In this document: in pieces, positions 10,463-19,252 of the stretch
Layout: every line of letters begins with the position of its first letter
How positions within the stretch are numbered: the stretch's first letter is position 1
NCBI GenBank assembly: GCA_963674705.1
Contig: OY771506.1
Location: 2,144,001 to 2,208,000 of the forward strand
Length of the DNA: 64,000 nucleotides
Direction: 5' to 3'
From: Phycisphaeraceae bacterium
GTDB lineage: Bacteria > Planctomycetota > Phycisphaerae > Phycisphaerales > Phycisphaeraceae
Program-made: the position numbers and the translations under genes
The notes under the pieces: model-generated
What the model was told of the DNA's origin: nothing
What the model saw: the letters and a program-made list of their open reading frames with translations, nothing else
The model's database searches: none

Positions 10463-10927
10463 ATGAAACTCATCAATGACAACTTACAAAAGTGGCTGAC
10501 CGATGCGGGTCTGCTGGCGATCCGTGCGATGCTCGGCACCGTCTTCATGTACCACGGCTCGCAGAAACTGTTCGGCTGGTTCGCCGGACATGGCATCGAT
10601 GGATTCTCGGGCTTTCTGGCATCACAAGGTGTGCCGCTGCCGACGCTCAACGCTTACATGGCCGCCGGTGCCGAGTTCTTCGGCGGACTGCTGCTGCTGA
10701 CAGGCATCCTGACACGACTCGCCAGCATCCCCGTCGCCTTCACCATGCTCGTCGCCGCATTCATGGTTCATGGCAACGCGTTCAGCTCACAGAACGGCGG
10801 CCTCGAATACCCCTTGACCCTCGCAGTCGTCACGGCCGGCATCGGCCTGATCGGCCCGGGACGCCTGACGCTCATCAACCTCGTCGCATATGCACGCACG
10901 CCACAACCGCAGGCCGTCACCGCTTAA
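10463..10927 (+). CDS. DoxX-family membrane protein
   Basis: HGSQKLFGWF, AEFFGGLLL, GLEYPL, GPGRL. Confidence 0.9.
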   Translation: MKLINDNLQKWLTDAGLLAIRAMLGTVFMYHGSQKLFGWFAGHGIDGFSGFLASQGVPLPTLNAYMAAGAEFFGGLLLLTGILTRLASIPVAFTMLVAAFMVHGNAFSSQNGGLEYPLTLAVVTAGIGLIGPGRLTLINLVAYARTPQPQAVTA

Positions 10928-10976
10928 GTCATACACACCCGGTAACACCAAATAACTTTTCCCAAGGAGATACACC

Positions 10977-11342
10977 ATGAGCGCCACTATCACTGTACGC
11001 CAGCGTCTCGACGACCTGATCGATTACATCCGTAACGGCAAAATCATGGACGCCATGAACGAGTTCTACGATGAGAACGTCATCATGGAAGAACCCGCCT
11101 ACGGCAAGACCATCGGGCTCAAAGCCAACATCGAACGCGAGCAGCACTTCGTCGACAGCGTCAAGCAGTGGAAAGGCTTCGACATCACCGCTATCGGCGC
11201 GGGTGACGATGTCACCTTCTACGAACACAGCATGGACTTCGTCACGCAGGACGGCACGGAAGTCCACATGGAACAGGTAGCCGTCGCAAAGTGGAAAGAC
11301 GGCAAGATCGTCCACGAACGCTTCTACTACAACATGGGCTGA
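10977..11342 (+). CDS. SnoaL/NTF2-like protein
   Basis: AMNEFYDENVIMEE, QVAVAKWKDGKIVHERFYY; AAGGAG Shine-Dalgarno. Confidence 0.85.
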   Translation: MSATITVRQRLDDLIDYIRNGKIMDAMNEFYDENVIMEEPAYGKTIGLKANIEREQHFVDSVKQWKGFDITAIGAGDDVTFYEHSMDFVTQDGTEVHMEQVAVAKWKDGKIVHERFYYNMG

Positions 11343-11384
11343 TCGTTTCACGTCACCCGGCCGGACGAACCTGAATTAGTAAAG

Positions 11385-11418
11385 CACCCATGGCGTTGTG
11401 CGTTTCACGCCATGGGTG
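11385..11418. terminator. Bidirectional terminator hairpin
   Basis: CACCCATGGCGT...ACGCCATGGGTG between convergent genes. Confidence 0.7.
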
Positions 11419-11446
11419 TTTATATGTTTATCCGATTGGCTATGGA

Positions 11447-12457
11447 TCAGAACTGCCGCAGGAAGCGCACATCGTTTTCAAACAGCCAGCGGATGTCCTT
11501 GATGTCGTACTTGCGCATGGCAAGCCGTTCGATACCCAGGCCGAAGGCGAAGCCGGTCCATTCTTCCGGGTCGTAACCGACAGCTTCAAACACGGCCGGG
11601 TCGACCATGCCGCAGCCGCCGACTTCCATCCAAGCCATCCCCTTACCTAAGTCGATTTTTACGTAAAGCTCGGCCGAAGGCTCCGTGAACGGGAAGTAAC
11701 TTGGCACGAGTTTCACTTCAGCATCCGGACCCCAGTAAGCATGAGCGAACTGGATCAGCGTGGTCTTAAGGTCGACCATGCTGACCTTCCTGTCGACGTA
11801 AAGCCCTTCGATCTGGTGGAACATCGAGTAGTGCGTCGCATCATGTTCATCGGGACGATAGACGCGGCCGGTCGAGACGATACGAACCGGCGGCTTGGTG
11901 TTTTCCATCACGCGGATCTGCACGGTTGACGTCTGCGAGCGAAGCAACAGGGGGTTCTCGCCGTCCGGATCGGTCAGGTAGAAGTTATCCAGCGGGTCGC
12001 GGGCCGGGTGCTGCTGCGGGATATTCAGCGCGACGAAGTTGTGGTGTTCATCCTCAACTTCCGGGCCGGTCACCGCATCGAAACCCATCCGCCCGAACAC
12101 TTCGATCAGTTCGTCGATGGTCTGCGTGATGATGTGCTGACGTCCCAGCCGCGGCGGCGCACCGGGTTCAGTAACGTCGAGTAAAGGCTTACCAGCCGCT
12201 TGCGGCTTAGCGCCTGCATCCAACGATTGCTTCTTCTGCTCGAAAGCATCCTGAAGCGATTGACGCAGGGCGTTGGCTTTTTGGCCAAACTCGCGCTTCT
12301 GATCATTTGGGACTTCTTTGAGCAGACCCATCAGCGCCTTCAGCGCACCCTTGGAGCCAAGGTACTTAATGCGGAACGCCTCCAACTGCTCAGCCGATTC
12401 CACGGCCTTGAGGTCGGTGTCCGCGTCCTGTTGAAGTTGGTCAATTCGCTGTGGCAT
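11447..12457 (-). CDS. pheS: Phenylalanine--tRNA ligase alpha subunit
   Basis: HPARD, LLRSQTSTVQIR, GRVYR, FHQIEGL, YFPFTEPS, GFAFGLGIERLAM. Confidence 0.97.
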   Translation of the reverse strand: MPQRIDQLQQDADTDLKAVESAEQLEAFRIKYLGSKGALKALMGLLKEVPNDQKREFGQKANALRQSLQDAFEQKKQSLDAGAKPQAAGKPLLDVTEPGAPPRLGRQHIITQTIDELIEVFGRMGFDAVTGPEVEDEHHNFVALNIPQQHPARDPLDNFYLTDPDGENPLLLRSQTSTVQIRVMENTKPPVRIVSTGRVYRPDEHDATHYSMFHQIEGLYVDRKVSMVDLKTTLIQFAHAYWGPDAEVKLVPSYFPFTEPSAELYVKIDLGKGMAWMEVGGCGMVDPAVFEAVGYDPEEWTGFAFGLGIERLAMRKYDIKDIRWLFENDVRFLRQF

Positions 12458-12721
12458 GGGTTGGTAAGGATACACGATCCACCGGCATATGCGATCCAAG
12501 CGTCACAACCGGCAGCGTTTACCCGGGTTTAAGGGCTATCTGCTTGTGTTTTTCTGCCACACGGCTGTTGCCGACGGGCAACATCTGGACCAAATCCACA
12601 TAAGCGACTCCGGGCGAATTCTACTATAAGTATCATAATTTCAAATATATACGTAATCTCTGGCGGGGTGGTCCTGGGATTGAAGCTCTCTTGGCACGTT
12701 GTTAATTGCCAAGGTGACGTC

Positions 12722-13450
12722 ATGAATGATCTGCATACGCCCATCATCAGCTTCTCCGACCATCGCCGCCTGTTTCAGGCAACGATCCTGTTGGCGTGCC
12801 TGGCGTGTCTGATCATGCTCAGCGGGCAGCGATCGGCTCAAACCGAGCCCCGCCCCGCCATGCAGCCGGCATCGACCAGCTCAGCGCTTCAGATGTTGAA
12901 CGCGACGACACAGTTCAGGTCTGCCGACACCGATCAAACAACCCAATCCAAGATCACCAACGAGCCAACCCTCCTGGACCAGGCCGCCGCATTCATCGAG
13001 CCTTTCGAAGGTCGCCGCCACCGGGCCTATCGGGATTCACGTGGCAACATGACGATCGGCATCGGCTTCAATCTTGATCGCGCCGGCGCCGCCGACGACC
13101 TGGAAGAACTGCTGCCCGGCATCAATTACTACGCACTGCGTCGCGGCAGCATCACACTGACCGATGAACAGATAGACATACTGCTGCATCACGACACCCA
13201 GCGTGCGATCGATACCGCACGCCGTCAGTTCAAGAACTTCGACCAGCTTCCGACCCAGGCACAGCTCATCCTGATCGACATGACCTTCAACACCGGCTCG
13301 CTGCAAAAGTGGCGTAACCTGCGTTCGGCCATGGCGCGTGAAGACTACAGCGCAGCCGCCGACGCGATGTATCGCTCACAATGGCGCAAGCAGACCGGCC
13401 AACGCGCCAGGCACCTGATCCAACTCATGCGCGAGCTGGCGACCAGCTAA
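12722..13450 (+). CDS. Phage-type (T4-like, GH24) lysozyme with N-terminal signal/anchor
   Basis: FEGRRHRAYRDSRGNMTIGIG gives the E-x8-D-x5-T catalytic spacing; DMTFN and SQWRKQT resemble T4 lysozyme C-lobe. Confidence 0.8.
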   Translation: MNDLHTPIISFSDHRRLFQATILLACLACLIMLSGQRSAQTEPRPAMQPASTSSALQMLNATTQFRSADTDQTTQSKITNEPTLLDQAAAFIEPFEGRRHRAYRDSRGNMTIGIGFNLDRAGAADDLEELLPGINYYALRRGSITLTDEQIDILLHHDTQRAIDTARRQFKNFDQLPTQAQLILIDMTFNTGSLQKWRNLRSAMAREDYSAAADAMYRSQWRKQTGQRARHLIQLMRELATS

Positions 13451-13463
13451 GCTATACCACTAT

Positions 13464-14174
13464 CTACCTGCCGCGTCGCACAAATCCCGCACACAGCATC
13501 ATGGCAACCAGGGCGGTTGTTGCCGGCTCGGGGACGACCTGCGATGGTGGCGTGCCCGTGTTCCAGTTATTCAGCACGATATCCAGGTCATCCAGGCCGA
13601 CGTAGCCATCACCATTTGCATCCGCGCGTGAATCGGCTGGGGGCACGCTCTGATTCCAATTGCTCAGCACGATATCCAGGTCGTCCAGACCGACATAGCC
13701 ATCTTCATTCTGATCGCCGGGCAGGTCCGGGACAGGGGTGTAGTAGACAAGGTCGCCGTAATACGAATACCCTCCATAAGGCTCGACCTGGAAGATAAAA
13801 GTCAGATCGTTGAGCATGTACGACAGGGTCTCACCTTGGTACAAGAAGCCGGGTTCACCCAGCACGGTGCCATCACCCAGGTCCCAGCCGGTGATGGTCG
13901 AGATGTAATACTCGGTCGCATAGCCCACATCATCTCCCGCCCGGTAGGGATCGATGTTACCGTCATAGGATTCGACGTAGACGTTGTAAACCGTGCCCGG
14001 CCCGCCGAAGCCCACGCCGGTTTCCAGTGTCAGGCTGCCATCTTCCGTGTTGTAGATAATCGACGGGATGTAGTCGTAAAGCGATCCTTGCGTGATTGTC
14101 GCTTGCGTGAATGTCGTCGAAACCACCAGACCGATCGCGCCAGCGGCGATATGCATTGCCCGAACCTTACTCAT
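13464..14174 (-). CDS. Secreted PEP-CTERM protein with dockerin-like Ca-binding pair
   Basis: Signal peptide; two DxNxDGYVGLDDLDIVL repeats; VPEP-TM-RRGR tail. Confidence 0.85.
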   Translation of the reverse strand: MSKVRAMHIAAGAIGLVVSTTFTQATITQGSLYDYIPSIIYNTEDGSLTLETGVGFGGPGTVYNVYVESYDGNIDPYRAGDDVGYATEYYISTITGWDLGDGTVLGEPGFLYQGETLSYMLNDLTFIFQVEPYGGYSYYGDLVYYTPVPDLPGDQNEDGYVGLDDLDIVLSNWNQSVPPADSRADANGDGYVGLDDLDIVLNNWNTGTPPSQVVPEPATTALVAMMLCAGFVRRGR

Positions 14175-14350
14175 GATGTACCCCACTTTGGAAAAGAATT
14201 AGGAATCCGCCTGATCCCCCGTGGATCAGATCGGCCCCATCATAAACAGATCTCAGATCGTTTTGTAGGCTTGGCGGTTACTTTTCTGCAAGAATGCACA
14301 ACTACTGACAGATTTTTGACATATCTGAGAATATCCGGATCTGTTAGGCA

Positions 14351-15673
14351 CTACTGCCGCAGTGCGTCGGCATCATTCCGCTGATCGATCGCCACACGGA
14401 TCAACCAGTCGCCTTGGGACATCGGATCACCCAACCGACCCGGCAGGCCTGTCCTGGATTCGCCGCTGTCGGCCACCGCGTCATAGTAGACATACACGCC
14501 CTTGGTCCCGGTCGGATTGAAACCGGCGCAGATCGTGAACTTGACCGGGACTTCCGTGGGTTCGGTCCGCAGCATGACCCATTGGGGGTTGCCGCGTTGA
14601 AATGAGCTGTAGGGGAACTTGAACTCACGGATGACTTGCCCCTGTTCGTCACAGAGCCAGACGCTGAAGTCTTCCGCCGGTGGCCGAGGATGACCGTAAC
14701 GTGAGCCGAAGATGCGTACCTGCGTCAGGTACCAGCCCGGGCCCGGGGCCTCGAAGCTGACTGCATGCCCACCGCCTGCGATGCTGCGTTTGTCAGTAGC
14801 TTTACCTTCATCGAGCGCCAGGTCGACAGGCTTACGCATCAATTCGGTCGGCTTTGCCGTGCGTGGTTCAAAACCGCTGCGTGGCTGGGCCTGGATCATC
14901 AACGGCTCCGCGCGGTTCCACCAGTCAGATACCTGCTCATCGTTCTGAACATCCAGGAGGATGCTGCGCAGCTTTGCGCCGGGGTCTGTCGGGTCGATCT
15001 CGGCTTCACCCCACGCCTTGAACAGTGCGGCCACTTTTTCCTTTCCAAGAATACCCGCCAGTTCGCGCCACATACCCGCAGCCCGGACAATCTCAGACGG
15101 ATCCGCTTGAGCCAACTGGCTGTCAAGGCGAGCGGTGCCATCCTGTTTGTAGTCATACGGGTAGCACCAGGCCGATTCACCAAGCGTGTCATAGACGCCA
15201 TCAACAATCTCCGAGCCGATGTAGTGTGCCCAGCCTTCTGCCCCAGCGGTATTAAGCCAGCCGTGCTGCGTGATCGCACGGTACATAGCCATATGGCCTA
15301 CCTCGTGACACAGGCCGTAGAGATTGAATATACCGCTTTGAGCGGGCGGTCGTAACTGTTCGCTGGATTGCAGGCTGAGGTTCAACCGGTCCTGGCCGTC
15401 GGTGAACAGGCGCACCTTATTGCCGGGCCCGCAATCGATCGTGACCGTGATGGTCTCAGGCATATCGAACCCATAGCGATCGACAGCAATCTGGCGCGTA
15501 GCCGTCAGGACATTCCCAATGGCTTTAACCTGATCGGCATCGACGCCGCTGTAGTGGACCAGCACGTGGTCGTCGCGATAAAGCTCTTCTGCTGAAGCAG
15601 TGCAATGGACTGTCAGTGATGTCAAAATCGCGATAAGCAGCCCCAGCGAGGACAGGTTGCTGTACATGTACAC
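14351..15673 (-). CDS. Secreted hypothetical protein with HEXXH zincin-like motif
   Basis: Signal peptide; LCHEVGH followed by EGWA. Confidence 0.7.
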   Translation of the reverse strand: MYMYSNLSSLGLLIAILTSLTVHCTASAEELYRDDHVLVHYSGVDADQVKAIGNVLTATRQIAVDRYGFDMPETITVTIDCGPGNKVRLFTDGQDRLNLSLQSSEQLRPPAQSGIFNLYGLCHEVGHMAMYRAITQHGWLNTAGAEGWAHYIGSEIVDGVYDTLGESAWCYPYDYKQDGTARLDSQLAQADPSEIVRAAGMWRELAGILGKEKVAALFKAWGEAEIDPTDPGAKLRSILLDVQNDEQVSDWWNRAEPLMIQAQPRSGFEPRTAKPTELMRKPVDLALDEGKATDKRSIAGGGHAVSFEAPGPGWYLTQVRIFGSRYGHPRPPAEDFSVWLCDEQGQVIREFKFPYSSFQRGNPQWVMLRTEPTEVPVKFTICAGFNPTGTKGVYVYYDAVADSGESRTGLPGRLGDPMSQGDWLIRVAIDQRNDADALRQ

Positions 15674-15807
15674 CTCCCAGTTTGATGTGATGCAAATGAT
15701 GTCTGTTCAATCAATAAGACGCCCCGGTCGCGAGCTTGATCGAAAGCAATTGCTGAAAACGAGGAGAAAACAGAAAAGCAGAAAAACAGAAAATAAAATG
15801 CTTCCAA

Positions 15808-15899
15808 CCCCCAACCCCCAACCCCCAACCCCCAACCCCCAACCCCCAACCCCCAACCCCCAACCCCCAACCCCCAACCCCCAACCCCCAATCCCCCAA
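15808..15899. repeat. Heptamer tandem repeat (CCCCCAA)12 plus one interrupted copy
   Basis: Read directly: 12 perfect units at 15808-15891, then T, then one more unit. Confidence 0.97.
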
Positions 15900-15947
15900 A
15901 TCCGCCCGGCCCTTCGCTGCGCTCAGAACCGGCGTTGGGATTGAAAC

Positions 15948-15986
15948 ATTAGCAATTAACGATTAACGATTAGCCATTAGCGATTA
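15948..15986. repeat. Degenerate heptamer repeat (ATTARCR)n
   Basis: ATTAGCA ATTAACG ATTAACG ATTAGCC ATTAGCG ATTA. Confidence 0.85.
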
Positions 15987-15992
15987 TCATCG

Positions 15993-17297
15993 CTACATCA
16001 CCCGGTAACCGATGTCCTTGCGGAACCAGGCGCCCTTAAAGTGGATTTTCTCACAGGCGGCGTTGGCTTTCTGTTGCGCTTCTTTCAGATCCTTACCCAT
16101 CGCACAGACGTTCAGGACACGTCCGCCGGCTGTGACCAGGCCGCCGTCGCGGTTCAGTTTCGTGCCGGCATGGAAGACGTGTACATCCGGGTCTTCCTCG
16201 GCAGTTTCGATGCCGGTGATGACCTTGCCGGATTCGTACTTGCCCGGATATCCGCCGCTTGCCATCACAACACAGCAGCAGCAGCGCGTATCCCAACTCA
16301 GGTCTACATCACTTAAACGACCCTCGCAGGTGGCCTGCATGATGTCGATCAGATCGCCCTTCAGCCGCATCATCAGCGGTTGGCACTCAGGATCGCCGAA
16401 GCGTGTGTTGAATTCCAGCACCTTCGGCCCGCCTGCCGTCAGCATCAGCCCGGCATAAAGCACACCCTTGAATTCCACGCCGTCCCGCCGAAGCGCATCG
16501 ACCGTAGGCACGAGGACTTCGCCCTGGATCGTGCTCATCAGATCATCATTGACCAGCGGCGTCGGGCAGTACGCGCCCATACCACCGGTGTTCGGGCCCT
16601 TATCGCCCTCGTGGGCCTGCTTGTGGTCCTGCGTCGGGTCGAGCACGAAGATGTTTCGCCCGTCCACCAGCGCGAGGATAGAGACTTCCTGGCCAACCAG
16701 ACGCTCCTCGACGACAACGGCTTTGCCCGCATCCCCAAAGACCTTGTCGACCATGCATTGCTTCAGACCATCAAGGGCTTGCTCACTGTTGCTGCAGACA
16801 ATGACCCCCTTACCCTTGGCAAGGCCCGCAGCCTTGATCACGACCGGCAACTCGCGATTCTCGACGTAATTGACGGCTGCCTTGTAGTCGGTGAATGTCT
16901 TGGCGTCGGCGGTGGGGATGCTCGCGGCCCGCATTAATTGCTTGCTGAACGCTTTATCCGCTTCCAGACGGGCGCCGGCCTGGACCGGGCCGAACACGCA
17001 GCGGCCGTCACGGGTCAGCCGATCCGCCAATCCCTGGCAGAGCGGGTCTTCCGGGCCGATCACGATCAGGCTGATGTTGTTCTGCCGGCAGAAGTAGTCG
17101 ATCGCATCGGCGTTCTTGGTATTGACGGGGTCGAACGGCAGGTCGTTCAGATTCTTGCCCAGCGAACTCGTCCCGCCGTTGCCGGGCGCGAAGTACAGCT
17201 TCCCACAGCGTTTAGATTGCTTGAGCTTCCAGCCGAGCGCATGCTCGCGGCCACCGGAACCGAGGATCAGGGCGTTAATCTTGTCTTGTTTTGCCAT
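15993..17297 (-). CDS. purD: Phosphoribosylamine--glycine ligase
   Basis: GSGGREHAL, GPEDPL, KAAGLAKGKGV, GPNTGGMGAY, EFNTRFGDPECQ, FHAGT. Confidence 0.97.
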   Translation of the reverse strand: MAKQDKINALILGSGGREHALGWKLKQSKRCGKLYFAPGNGGTSSLGKNLNDLPFDPVNTKNADAIDYFCRQNNISLIVIGPEDPLCQGLADRLTRDGRCVFGPVQAGARLEADKAFSKQLMRAASIPTADAKTFTDYKAAVNYVENRELPVVIKAAGLAKGKGVIVCSNSEQALDGLKQCMVDKVFGDAGKAVVVEERLVGQEVSILALVDGRNIFVLDPTQDHKQAHEGDKGPNTGGMGAYCPTPLVNDDLMSTIQGEVLVPTVDALRRDGVEFKGVLYAGLMLTAGGPKVLEFNTRFGDPECQPLMMRLKGDLIDIMQATCEGRLSDVDLSWDTRCCCCVVMASGGYPGKYESGKVITGIETAEEDPDVHVFHAGTKLNRDGGLVTAGGRVLNVCAMGKDLKEAQQKANAACEKIHFKGAWFRKDIGYRVM

Positions 17298-17394
17298 AAG
17301 TCCGGACAGGGTAACGCGGATGGCGGATCGGGTCTAGGTATGCGGAGGTAAGTGTCGGTTAACCGGCAGGCGAACGGCCGAACCCACAAACACA

Positions 17395-17422
17395 ACAGGC
17401 TCGCGAACTTTAGCGAGCCTGT
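17395..17422 (-). terminator. Hairpin upstream of purD, downstream of an 18-codon ORF
   Basis: ACAGGCTCGC...GCGAGCCTGT 10-bp stem with a TGTGTTT tail on the minus strand. Confidence 0.55.
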
Positions 17423-17673
17423 GGCTTAAGGAGATTGAATGAGGGGTGAACGGCTCAGCCCGGTCGCTTGATGGGCTTAACCTTACGGGAGCACGTCATT
17501 GCCGATTGCATGTGTTCAGGTTCCTTGCTCAAGGGATTGGGGTTGTCAACTACTGTTTTGATCGTCGGGCTTTGTCTGCATGCTTGAATCGTTCGTGAAG
17601 TTTTTTTATTCCCTGAAAACGAATGATTAACCTCACTCTGGCGAATTGTTGTAAGTGGCCTTAGAGTAAGTCT

Positions 17674-18672
17674 ATGCCCGAGCCCGATGCCGATCCGAAT
17701 GAAGTAGCCATTCAACGTGTGGCGATACACGCAGTGCTCGCGGGGCTTGTCATCACGCTGCTGAAGTTCACCGCTTTCGGATTAACCAACTCCGTGGCGA
17801 TCCTCTCCGACGCGGTCGAATCGATCATCAATATCGTCGCCGCGGGTTTCATGTTCTACAGCCTCTGGCTGAGTAATCGCCCGGCGGACAAAGACCATCC
17901 CTACGGCCACGGTAAGGTCGAGTTCCTCGCGATCGGTATGGAAGGTTGGCTGATCCTCTTTGCGGGGCTTTACATCGCTATCGAAGCTATCCGCAGACTC
18001 TTTTCAGATGTTGAACCCACGCGCCTGGATGTCGGCATCTGGATGCTGCTGGCGATCGGCCTGCTCAGCGCATCGCTTGCGGCCTATGTCTGGTTCATGG
18101 GGCGAAAGTACCAAAGCGAGCCATTGATCGCTGATGGCAAACACCTCGCGACCGACGTCGTCTCAACGATTGGCGTGCTCATCGGATTGATGCTGGTCAG
18201 GTGGTCAGGCTGGCTCTGGCTGGACCCGGTCGTGGCGATCCTCGTGGCGGGGTTGTGCATGTTCGTCAGTTGGCGCTTGTTGTGGAAGTCGATCCACGGC
18301 CTGATGGACGCCAGCGATCCTGATGACGACAAACTCATCCGTCAGATTCTCGATGAAGCCAAGGCAGCCGGGCATATCCTGGGCTATCACAAGGTCCGCC
18401 ACCGCCACAACGGCCCGTTCCACTGGGTGGACATGCACCTGCAGGTCGACGGGGCCATGAACGTCGCCGACAGCCACTCCGTGGCCTCCCGGATCGAAGC
18501 GCGGATCGAGAAAGAACTGGGCCGAGCCAACGCCACCGCCCACGTGGAGCCCCACACCAAGATGGATCCCGCCGATGCGGCAGGCCAAGGCTCGGAGCCG
18601 GGTGAATCACCGCCCCAAACCGCCGCCGGCAACGGCCAGGACGGCCCCATTGTCCGAAACGATCCTTTGTGA
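17674..18672 (+). CDS. Cation diffusion facilitator (FieF-like) transporter
   Basis: SVAILSDAVES, HPYGHGKVE, ADGKHLATD, LDPVVA, C-terminal dimerisation domain HVEP. Confidence 0.92.
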   Translation: MPEPDADPNEVAIQRVAIHAVLAGLVITLLKFTAFGLTNSVAILSDAVESIINIVAAGFMFYSLWLSNRPADKDHPYGHGKVEFLAIGMEGWLILFAGLYIAIEAIRRLFSDVEPTRLDVGIWMLLAIGLLSASLAAYVWFMGRKYQSEPLIADGKHLATDVVSTIGVLIGLMLVRWSGWLWLDPVVAILVAGLCMFVSWRLLWKSIHGLMDASDPDDDKLIRQILDEAKAAGHILGYHKVRHRHNGPFHWVDMHLQVDGAMNVADSHSVASRIEARIEKELGRANATAHVEPHTKMDPADAAGQGSEPGESPPQTAAGNGQDGPIVRNDPL

Positions 18673-18722
18673 TACGCTTTGCCTCCTGATCGGCCCATTC
18701 CAAGGCCGACCCATACACCATA

Positions 18723-18796
18723 CGGGGTGTAGCTCAGCTTGGTAGAGCGCTTCGTTCGGGACGAAGAGGTCGCATGTTCAAATCATGTCACCCCGA
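18723..18796 (+). tRNA. tRNA-Pro (anticodon CGG), CCA not encoded
   Basis: Cloverleaf: CGGGGTG/CACCCCG acceptor, CTTCG-TTCGGGA-CGAAG anticodon arm, GTTCAAATC T-loop. Confidence 0.95.
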
Positions 18797-18877
18797 TTCT
18801 GCGACGCACGTCAAAGCGGAGCTTTGGCGGGCTATGCAGAATCGCCCTCCGAAGCTTTAGCGAAGGAGGGCTTAGCG

Positions 18878-19120
18878 ATGAAGTACGTCTATCTACTTCG
18901 AAGCGAATCAAGTCCGGGTCAAACCTATATCGGCTCAACCAAGGACTTTCAGAAGCGCCTCAAGCATCACAACGCTGGCCAATCACCTTATACCTCACGT
19001 TTTCGACCATGGACTACCGAGGTGGTCGTGCGTTTCGAAGACGACGCCAAGGCCGAAGCATTCGAACGCTACCTCAAGTCCGGCTCCGGCCACGCATTTG
19101 CGAAACGTCACTTCTGGTAG
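18878..19120 (+). CDS. Small GIY-YIG nuclease-family protein
   Basis: YVYLLRS...TYIGST...RLKHHN...FERYLKSGSG; AGGAGG upstream. Confidence 0.85.
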   Translation: MKYVYLLRSESSPGQTYIGSTKDFQKRLKHHNAGQSPYTSRFRPWTTEVVVRFEDDAKAEAFERYLKSGSGHAFAKRHFW

Positions 19121-19252
19121 CAATATCACAAATCTAATTTCGTCTTTGATTTTTGACACATCCAAAGGACAATACACCTGCTGACTGGAAGACCGCTTCC
19201 GCGGCCTGATCAATGGTATTGATAAACGTGCAACATAATTGACCTATACTGG

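Noticed and set aside
12722..13450. Prophage around the lysozyme gene
   Set aside because: No holin, structural, integrase or replication genes nearby.
15600..15944. ORFs with PTPNPQP or GWGLGVG repeats
   Set aside because: These are translations of the heptamer DNA repeat in several frames.
18739..18877. Longer starts for ORFs around the GIY-YIG gene (18739, 18785)
   Set aside because: They overlap tRNA-Pro; the SD and domain start support ATG 18878.
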